This document shows positions 21,144 to 27,310 of a DNA stretch of 32,000 nucleotides, one piece after another; within the stretch, counting starts at the first letter, position 1; every line of letters starts with the position of its first letter. The DNA lies in NCBI RefSeq assembly GCF_000014265.1, contig NC_008312.1, positions 6,240,001-6,272,000 of the forward strand, written 5' to 3'. A model generated the notes under the pieces. That model saw nothing but the letters and a program-made list of their open reading frames with translations, was not told the origin of the DNA and made no database searches. This DNA is from Trichodesmium erythraeum IMS101 (GTDB lineage Bacteria; Cyanobacteriota; Cyanobacteriia; Cyanobacteriales; Microcoleaceae). Position numbers and translations under genes: made by a program.

Positions 21144-21545
21144 TCAATCATCAAATTTAACACTTATTTCAGCGCTACCTTTAGTCTTTATTTCATCTAG
21201 AATCTCAGTCGGAATATTTGTCACTCTCTTGACTGTAGCACTTGTTGTATTGAGAAAACTTTTTTCTCCTTTTTTACTGTAAGTTTTAATTTCTATCAAT
21301 TCTTTTTGGTCATCAAGAATAAGACGGCTTCCCAACACAGAATATCCTTCTTGTTCAATTCTTGTATGGATATTTTCAATATCTTCCTCCAGTAAAGCAA
21401 AATTTAAAGTTTCCCTCTGGATACTATTCAAAGTATCAATATCAACAACATTTTCTTGTAATGCTTGTGATATTTTTTCCCCTGCATTTTTAACAGTATT
21501 GAAAAATTCACCAAACTTATTTCCTAAATTGTTTGCTTTTTTCAT
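21144..21545 (-). CDS. Cassette gene C: 133-aa soluble hypothetical protein
   Basis: ATG start preceded by AGGAGG with a 6-nt spacer. No hydrophobic segment. N-half is helical-looking (GEFFNTVKNAGEKISQALQENV...), and the C-half is beta-like and ends VKRVTNIPTEILDEIKTKGSAEISVKFDD. No family recognised. Confidence 0.75.
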   Translation of the reverse strand: MKKANNLGNKFGEFFNTVKNAGEKISQALQENVVDIDTLNSIQRETLNFALLEEDIENIHTRIEQEGYSVLGSRLILDDQKELIEIKTYSKKGEKSFLNTTSATVKRVTNIPTEILDEIKTKGSAEISVKFDD

Positions 21546-21551
21546 AGATAT

Positions 21552-21557
21552 CCTCCT
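21552..21557 (-). promoter_or_regulatory. Shine-Dalgarno AGGAGG for gene C
   Basis: The minus strand reads ...TTTTTTCAGGAGGATATCTATG, with 6 nt between the SD and the ATG (21545-21543). Confidence 0.6.
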
Positions 21558-21609
21558 GAAAAAAATTAAAGTTTTTTTGAATCATTTTGTATTAACTTTA
21601 GTTGTTACT

Positions 21610-21957
21610 TTAAGTACCTCTTCGGCCTAACTCCAGCTTTGCTTTGTATTCGAGTTGATCCTCTAAGTCTTGAGGAACATCTAAGGGATCAATTTCCTCT
21701 TGGTCTGATAAAAGTCTTGTAGTTTTGTCATAAATATTTCTAGCAAAAATTTCAACTCTTTTGTAAATGCGTTTGCCTTTTTTAACTAGATAAACAATAG
21801 CATCAGAAGTTACCTCAACGGCTCGGTTTATCAAATCTAGTAGAGATTCTATTACGCGAGTAAACCAAGCTGTGATGTCATCCCAAAAATAACCAACAGC
21901 AGCACCACCAAAAAAACTTAAACCTATAATTGTCCAAGTTATAGGATCTATCGGCAT
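21610..21957 (-). CDS. Cassette gene B: 115-aa single-pass membrane protein
   Basis: ATG start 3 nt after the stop of the AAA+ gene. One N-terminal TM helix (PITWTIIGLSFFGGAAVGYFW), then an amphipathic helix and an acidic/basic tail ...EEIDPLDVPQDLEDQLEYKAKLELGRRGT. No family recognised. Confidence 0.75.
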   Translation of the reverse strand: MPIDPITWTIIGLSFFGGAAVGYFWDDITAWFTRVIESLLDLINRAVEVTSDAIVYLVKKGKRIYKRVEIFARNIYDKTTRLLSDQEEIDPLDVPQDLEDQLEYKAKLELGRRGT

Positions 21958-21960
21958 AAT

Positions 21961-22920
21961 TTATTCCTCCTTTAAATTTGAATTATTTCCGTTTTCTACA
22001 ACAACTGTTTCTGCTAAATTAATTTTTTTGTGACGCAGTTTGATAGTTTTATATTTGTCGATTTCTTCATTTATAACTTCTTCATCAATAACTTTTACTT
22101 TACCAACTAGCAATTTTAATCCTAGCTTAATTGTGATGTTCCTAATATCTCCACCACATAATCCTTCACTAATTTCAGCCGCTCTTTCATAACTGATATT
22201 TTTAGGCACTTTTTCAGATATATGAAATTGCCAAAGTTGAGTTCTCATTTCTATATCTGGTACGGGAAACTCAACATTAAAAATAATTCTCCTTAAAAAA
22301 GCCTCATCATAATTTTCAAATAAGTTTGTGGCAAATATAATTACGCCATTAAACTTATCCATCAATGTTAATAAGGTGCTTTTGGCAGAGTTAACACCAT
22401 GATCTGCTGCTTGGGATAAGTTGGAAATTCTTTTACTTAATACAGCATCAGCTTCATCAAAAAATAATAAGCTCTGATTTTCTTCAGCTAGCTTGAAAAC
22501 CTTTGATAAATTCTTAGATGTACCACCTACTAATTCAGATTCTAATTCTCCATAATTAACCTTGATGATCTGAGTTTCTAACTTTTTGGCAATGGCTTCA
22601 GCAGTAATGCTTTTTCCTGTACCTGGTAATCCAAAAAAGTTGATGCTTAAACCATTACCTGTTTTGAGAAAACGATTAAATTCCCATTCAAGTAACAATT
22701 TATCCCGATTTTTTACATAAGCAATCATTTCTTTAATTTGCTCAATTGTAGTTTTTGACAAAGCTATTTCATCTAACGTCCATTTAGGTGTTTCGAGTAA
22801 ACTACTAACTTCATCTTTGGCATTAGACTTGTTTTTCTCCTTGACTAGTTCAAATTTCATGGTTTGATTTTCTGTTGGCTTTATTTTGCCATTGTTAGAG
22901 ATTTTTATAACAGCAAACAA
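21961..22920 (-). CDS. Cassette gene A: classical-clade AAA+ ATPase (SpoVK/COG0464-like, single AAA module)
   Basis: Walker A GLPGTGKS (22609-22632), Walker B LLFFDEAD, sensor-1 IIFATN, arginine-finger region DEAFLRR, sensor-2 GGDIRN. The ~90-aa N-terminal region reads WTLDEIALSKTTIEQIKEMIAYVKNRDKLLLEWEF. The track start at 22920 is TTG; the first in-frame ATG is at 22860 (MKFELVKEK...), giving 299 aa. Confidence 0.9.
   Translation of the reverse strand: MFAVIKISNNGKIKPTENQTMKFELVKEKNKSNAKDEVSSLLETPKWTLDEIALSKTTIEQIKEMIAYVKNRDKLLLEWEFNRFLKTGNGLSINFFGLPGTGKSITAEAIAKKLETQIIKVNYGELESELVGGTSKNLSKVFKLAEENQSLLFFDEADAVLSKRISNLSQAADHGVNSAKSTLLTLMDKFNGVIIFATNLFENYDEAFLRRIIFNVEFPVPDIEMRTQLWQFHISEKVPKNISYERAAEISEGLCGGDIRNITIKLGLKLLVGKVKVIDEEVINEEIDKYKTIKLRHKKINLAETVVVENGNNSNLKEE
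21966..21972 (-). promoter_or_regulatory. Shine-Dalgarno AAGGAGG for gene B, embedded in the last codons of the AAA+ gene
   Basis: The minus strand reads ...AAT TTA AAG GAG GAA TAA ATT ATG, an 8-nt spacer. This layout is typical of translational coupling. Confidence 0.6.
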
Positions 22921-23145
22921 TACTATTCTAAATAAAAATAAGGCTTAATAATAGTGTAAAAAGTATGAACTTTACCCGTTCTATAAAAGTAGAAAAATTA
23001 CGAAAAGTATAGTACTTTTAAAATGACTTAGTTTAAATACAAAGTTTATTCTGGTGACACTATATTCCTAAAATTTTATTTCTAAAAGGGATTTAGGGTT
23101 TTAAGTAAATGGTCTATTAGAACGGGATTTAATATTAATTGATTT
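22921..23145. promoter_or_regulatory. Divergent control region between the AAA+ cassette and the NB-ARC gene, with AAAAGTA repeats and a palindrome
   Basis: AAAAGTA occurs at 22959-22965, 22985-22991 and 23003-23009, and inverted (TACTTTT) at 23013-23019. The last two form AAAAGTA-tag-TACTTTT. Promoter -10/-35 boxes could not be placed confidently in this AT-rich DNA. Confidence 0.45.
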
Positions 23146-24528
23146 ATGAATAGTGCAGAAGTCTTGCAATTAGTAGATAATTTAATTTTTGCTAAAACCG
23201 GAAAACATTTAGAAGATTTACAAAAAAATTTATTGAAAGGCACTATAGAGGGTAAGAAATATTCAGATATTGCTAAAGACATTGGTTTTAGTGACAGTCA
23301 TGTCAAAAATGTAGGACAAGAATTATGGAATATTCTCTCATTAGTCTTAGGTGAAAAAGTTAAGAAGTCTAATTTTAAAAGTGTATTTAGAAATATCAAA
23401 AGCCTTAATTTTTCATCGGCTATTATTTCGGGATATTGTCATGCTAACCCCACAGCTAATAATATTAATATTTTTTCAGATAGAGAGCGATCGCCTACTT
23501 CTATAGAAAATTCCCAAGAAACTAAAAATCAACCAAAAATTGATTTAGCTGAAGCACCCAACATTTTTAATTTCTACGATCGCTCTTCTGAATTAAAAAC
23601 TTTAGAAAACTGGATAGTAAAAGATTCATCTCGCCTCATTGCACTTTTAGGAATTAGTGGTATAGGCAAAACAACTCTAATACTGGAATTAATAAAACAA
23701 ATAGAAACTAATTTTAATTACATCATTTATCGGAGTCTGCGCTTTTCCCCTACTCTTGATATAACTCTTACTAAACTATTAAAAAATTTCCCCAACCAAG
23801 GAGATACTTACGAGAATATTGAAACCCAAATATCACAACTGCTCAACTGCTTACGTCAATATCGTTGTTTGATTGTTTTTGATGACTTACAAATACTTTT
23901 TTGTAGTGGAAAAATTGCCGGTCAATATCAAACTGAATATGAAAATTACCAGATATTTTTTCAGCTTATTGCCGAAATTAATCATCACAGTTGTTTAATA
24001 TTAAATAGTAGGGAAAAACCCATAGAAATAGCTCAACTAGAAACAAATAATAAGTATGTGCGATCGCTCATTTTAAGTAACTTAGGATTAGCAGCAAAAC
24101 AAATTCTCCAAAACCAGAAATTGTTAGACGAAGAAGCTTGGGAAAATTTAATTAATATCTATCAAGGTAACCCTCGTTGGATAGAATTTACTGGCACCAT
24201 GATTCAAGAATTATTTGACAATAGTGTTGCTAAATTTTTGTCATGGGAAAAAGTAATTTTCAGTGAGTCTTTAGTAGCAGAATTAGATAAAAATTTTCAA
24301 CGAATAACTCAGAATGAAAAAGCCATAATAATTCAACTTTCTCAAGCAAATAAACCAGTTACTTTGCATCAAATTGATAAAAATTTGGAGTTATCAACAT
24401 CAGACTTATTGAATGCTATACAGTCACTAAAAAGACGATTATTATTAGATATAAAACAAGAATATCAGACAACTTATTTTAGTTTAAATAAAGTCTGGAA
24501 ACAGTATATTCAAAATCAATCTACTTAG
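23146..24528 (+). CDS. STAND NTPase: N-terminal HTH-like module + NB-ARC + winged helix, with no C-terminal repeat sensor
   Basis: 460 aa. N-terminus: LEDLQKNLLKGTIEGKKYSDIAKDIGFSDSHVKNVGQELWNILSLVLGEKV. Walker A GISGIGKT (23650-23673), Walker B CLIVFDDL, SCLILNSREKP, YQGNPRWIE (the GNPLAL-type motif). It ends at ...YFSLNKVWKQYIQNQST. HIP1 at 23487-23494 and 24060-24067. Confidence 0.85.
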   Translation: MNSAEVLQLVDNLIFAKTGKHLEDLQKNLLKGTIEGKKYSDIAKDIGFSDSHVKNVGQELWNILSLVLGEKVKKSNFKSVFRNIKSLNFSSAIISGYCHANPTANNINIFSDRERSPTSIENSQETKNQPKIDLAEAPNIFNFYDRSSELKTLENWIVKDSSRLIALLGISGIGKTTLILELIKQIETNFNYIIYRSLRFSPTLDITLTKLLKNFPNQGDTYENIETQISQLLNCLRQYRCLIVFDDLQILFCSGKIAGQYQTEYENYQIFFQLIAEINHHSCLILNSREKPIEIAQLETNNKYVRSLILSNLGLAAKQILQNQKLLDEEAWENLINIYQGNPRWIEFTGTMIQELFDNSVAKFLSWEKVIFSESLVAELDKNFQRITQNEKAIIIQLSQANKPVTLHQIDKNLELSTSDLLNAIQSLKRRLLLDIKQEYQTTYFSLNKVWKQYIQNQST

Positions 24529-24530
24529 AT

Positions 24531-24926
24531 TCATATTTTCTTCAAAGCAGTAATAATTTGCTCATTAGCTTCAGGAAAAGTAAATCTATCTATCTCATCT
24601 AATGTTACCCACCTAAACTCATCACATTCTATAGCTTTTGGTATTCCCCGCAAGTAACGACAATGATATACATGAAGGATGAGTCTAATTTCAGAATAAT
24701 TATACTCTATTGTAATTAAATGCTTTTCTACTGCAACCTCAATTCCCAACTCCTCTAAAACTTCCCTTTTAATACAATTTTCTATTGTTTCACCAGCTTC
24801 TTTTTTACCTCCAGGAAATTCCCATAAACCACCAAACGAATCCCCTAATCTTCGTTTATCAATTAATATTTTTCCTGTTTCATCCCAGATGACAGCAACG
24901 CCAATTAACTTATTAGATAATGCCAT
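24531..24926 (-). CDS. mutT: Nudix hydrolase, MutT-type (8-oxo-dGTP/NTP pyrophosphohydrolase)
   Basis: 131 aa with the Nudix box GGKKEAGETIENCIKREVLEELGIEV (GX5EX7REUXEEXGU). It is convergent with the NB-ARC gene and the two stop codons are 2 nt apart. Confidence 0.85.
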   Translation of the reverse strand: MALSNKLIGVAVIWDETGKILIDKRRLGDSFGGLWEFPGGKKEAGETIENCIKREVLEELGIEVAVEKHLITIEYNYSEIRLILHVYHCRYLRGIPKAIECDEFRWVTLDEIDRFTFPEANEQIITALKKI

Positions 24927-24945
24927 ATTAATTCTTATTTCTAAT

Positions 24946-24975
24946 AAAAAAAACCCTTAGTCTAGCAACCAAGGG
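24946..24975 (-). terminator. Weak intrinsic-terminator-like hairpin followed by U8 on the minus strand
   Basis: The minus strand reads CCCTTggttgctagactAAGGG TTTTTTTT. The stem is 5 bp (plus 2 after a mismatch) with T8 at 24946-24953. It lies 20 nt upstream of the mutT ATG and about 420 nt downstream of the DUF760 gene. Confidence 0.4.
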
Positions 24976-25188
24976 AATGATTAAAAATTGACTAATTAAC
25001 CGTTCTACTAAAATTACCCAAACTTACTTATAGATGATTACATGAGCTTTGAAGCTAGCTTGGGTGTTTCAGCCATATACCACTGAGGACATTCTGTAAC
25101 TTATTATCTCTCTTAAGGCTTGAAATCCCTTGAAACTCAAGCTAATGATACATATAGTTTTCGTGGGTTAATAGCGGCTATTTTAGTC

Positions 25189-25217
25189 TAGGCGAGGGAA
25201 TCAAAATCGCCTATTTT
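25189..25217 (+). terminator. Orphan plus-strand terminator-like hairpin (TAGGCGA-n11-TCGCCTA-TTTT)
   Basis: A 7-bp stem (25189-25195 / 25207-25213), an 11-nt loop and T4 at 25214-25217. There is no plus-strand ORF upstream of it. Confidence 0.45.
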
Positions 25218-25397
25218 AACAAAAACAATTGTAAGTTTTTAGGTCTAATGAAATCTTTAGTTTGTGAGTTTGTGTAAGATCAATTTTATGTCAATTAGTT
25301 ATTTACCTCCTTCAGATAAATTAGACATAGCTCTCATATTATGATGACAAATAACATACAATTTTATCAACTTTTGTAAATTATTTGACTTCAATAG

Positions 25398-25739
25398 TTA
25401 GCCCTCATTATTAAACATTTGATTGACTTTAAAAGACTTTTCAAATGTCATTCTTTGTTCAGCATTTCTCAGAAAATAGCCACTTATCATTGCTGAAGCT
25501 AATAATTTGCCTAAATTTTCTCTGCTAGTTGTTACATTTACATTAAATTGTTCCGAAGGGATATTTCCCAAGAGTCCAACAATATTTCGCTCCATTACCT
25601 GAAAAACTTCTTGGGAAGTTGGTTTTGATAAGTGAGACACTGTATCTGGACTCATAGACTGAACATATTGCCAAAGTAAATTGGCTTCTTCCGAACTTTC
25701 TTCAAATAAATCTGACCCGTTATTGTTTCTATTAGCCAT
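25398..25739 (-). CDS. DUF760-family protein (conserved in cyanobacteria and plastid-bearing eukaryotes)
   Basis: 113 aa. LLWQYVQSMSPDTVSHLSKPTSQEVFQVMERNIVGLLGNIPSEQF...TTSRENLGKLLASAMISGYFLRNAEQRM matches the DUF760 core as I remember it. Confidence 0.8.
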   Translation of the reverse strand: MANRNNNGSDLFEESSEEANLLWQYVQSMSPDTVSHLSKPTSQEVFQVMERNIVGLLGNIPSEQFNVNVTTSRENLGKLLASAMISGYFLRNAEQRMTFEKSFKVNQMFNNEG

Positions 25740-25904
25740 TTTTTCTCTCCATTTCAGAAATTTTTTTTGTTTTGACGACCATGGCTGATGGAATTAACCA
25801 ACCATATCTCTTGAAATTATTAATATTTTTTGACTTCCTAATTACTAATTTAGCAGCTTGACATCTTCCCAACATTGTAATTAAGCTATAACGAGTAATT
25901 TATA

Positions 25905-26169
25905 AGAAAATATCTAGAAATCAAATATTAAATCCTGGTGTAGTAGAGTGGTGTGGTTTATCTTATTTGTGCATTAAATCTTTCAGTATAATTATTGTTT
26001 TGGTAAGGTTGGGGAACTTTTTCTCAAGGAACATTTAAGGCTTATCGGTTTACTCGTGTGGGTTAGGCGCAAATTACTCCGTTAAACTTAATAATCTTTG
26101 TAATTAGCCATAACCCACCGAAACTTAGACTTTGAGCAAACCTTAATATTTATTTTATAGATACCTTCT
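25905..26169 (+). mobile_element. MITE-like repeat, copy A (265 bp, with about 110 bp extra internal sequence)
   Basis: It shares both ends with copy B. The left end is AGAAAATATCTAGAAATCAAATATTAAATCCTGGT. The right 90 nt read CGTTAAACTTAATAATCTTTGTAATTAGCC.TAACCCACCGAAACTTAGACTTTGAGCAAACCTTAATATTTATTTTATAGATACCTTCT. The termini form an imperfect ~17-bp inverted repeat (AGAAAATATCTAGAAAT vs the reverse complement AGAAGGTATCTATAAAA). Confidence 0.55.
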
Positions 26170-26232
26170 CAGATTTACAAAGGCCAGTTTATGTTTCATC
26201 GGAAATAAATCTGAGGTTACTTCCAGTATAGT

Positions 26233-26264
26233 CTTAGGGTTTCTCTACAGTACATAGCCCTAAG
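26233..26264 (-). terminator. Hairpin 30 nt downstream of the sigma-factor stop (CTTAGGG-n18-CCCTAAG)
   Basis: A perfect 7-bp stem read directly. There is no U-run, so terminator function is doubtful. Confidence 0.3.
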
Positions 26265-26293
26265 AATACTAAACAAACGTCTATGTATTTGCC

Positions 26294-27310
26294 CTAACTA
26301 GCTAAATAATCATTCATATCTTGTTTTCTTTTACGAAGTTTACTTAAAGCTTCCCGCTCTATCTGCCGTACTCTTTCACGACTAATATTCAGGTGGGCAC
26401 CAATTTTCGATAGAGTCATAGTTTGGCCATCTTCTAAACCAAACCTTAAGGCCAAAACTTGCTTTTGTTGAGGAGTAAGGTCAACCATGATTGATTCTAA
26501 ATCAGTTCGCATGGAAGATTGGAGAGCATAATCTTCTGGAGAAGCTCCTGTATCTTCTAGTAAGTCTCCTAATTCTGTATCTTGATTATCTCCCACTCGC
26601 AAATCTAGAGATAAAGGTAAGCGAGCCCGTTCTAAGCATTCCCGTATTTGTTTTGGAGTTAAACCTAGTTCTTCTGCTATTTCACCAGTAGTAGCCGAAC
26701 GTCCTAGCTGTTGAGTCAGTTGGCGCTGAACTTTTTTAATCTTATTTAGCTTTTCTGTAATATGGATAGGTAAACGAATTGTGCGGCCTTTTTCTGCTAT
26801 TGCTCTGGTTATAGCCTGACGAATCCACCAATAAGCATAAGTAGAAAATCTATAGCCCTTAGTCGGGTCAAACTTTTCTACACCTCGCTGCATACCAATG
26901 GTGCCTTCTTGAATTAAATCAAGCAAATCTACATTTCGCTTGATATATTTTTTAGCAACAGATACTACCAAACGCAAATTTGCCTCTACCATTTTTCGCT
27001 TGGCTCTTTCGCCTTCCCTAATAATTCGCTGCAATTCAGACTTCGACAGCTCCTTGGCCTCAGCCCATTCTAATAATGTTGGTTCACGGCCTAAAGCTTC
27101 TGCCAACGTTTGGTTAAATTCCTGCAAAGCCGTTAAGCGTTGAACTTGTTTTCCATAAAGAATTTCTTCTTCGTGGCTTAATAGAGGAACGCGACCAATT
27201 TCTCTTAGATAAGTGCATACAGAATCTATGTCTGAGGTTTTACCAATCTTCATAATCTTCATCCCGCTAGATAAATCTACTTTGAGATAGTAAGAAAAGC
27301 GGGCGGGCAT
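26294..27310 (-). CDS. Group 2 sigma-70 family RNA polymerase sigma factor (RpoD-like)
   Basis: 338 aa. Region 1.2/2: [21 protein letters not shown]...[61 protein letters not shown]. Region 3: [16 protein letters not shown]. Region 4.2: [24 protein letters not shown]. Alternative ATG starts at 27262 and 27253. Confidence 0.92.
   Translation of the reverse strand: MPARFSYYLKVDLSSGMKIMKIGKTSDIDSVCTYLREIGRVPLLSHEEEILYGKQVQRLTALQEFNQTLAEALGREPTLLEWAEAKELSKSELQRIIREGERAKRKMVEANLRLVVSVAKKYIKRNVDLLDLIQEGTIGMQRGVEKFDPTKGYRFSTYAYWWIRQAITRAIAEKGRTIRLPIHITEKLNKIKKVQRQLTQQLGRSATTGEIAEELGLTPKQIRECLERARLPLSLDLRVGDNQDTELGDLLEDTGASPEDYALQSSMRTDLESIMVDLTPQQKQVLALRFGLEDGQTMTLSKIGAHLNISRERVRQIEREALSKLRKRKQDMNDYLAS

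Noticed and set aside
23082-23282. Minus-strand 66-aa ORF overlapping the divergent spacer and the 5' end of the NB-ARC gene
   Set aside because: It is antisense to a strongly supported CDS, has no SD, and is hydrophobic and low-complexity as expected from AT-rich antisense translation.
24531-24926. Nudix hydrolase as a fourth component of the AAA+/STAND locus
   Set aside because: Its size and Nudix box are those of ordinary MutT-type housekeeping enzymes. It is convergent with the NB-ARC gene rather than co-transcribed. It is kept as a neighbour only, though neighbourhood analysis could revisit this.
26491-27143. Plus-strand ORFs 26491..26691 and 26940..27143
   Set aside because: They lie entirely antisense within the well-supported sigma-70 gene and are compositional shadow ORFs.
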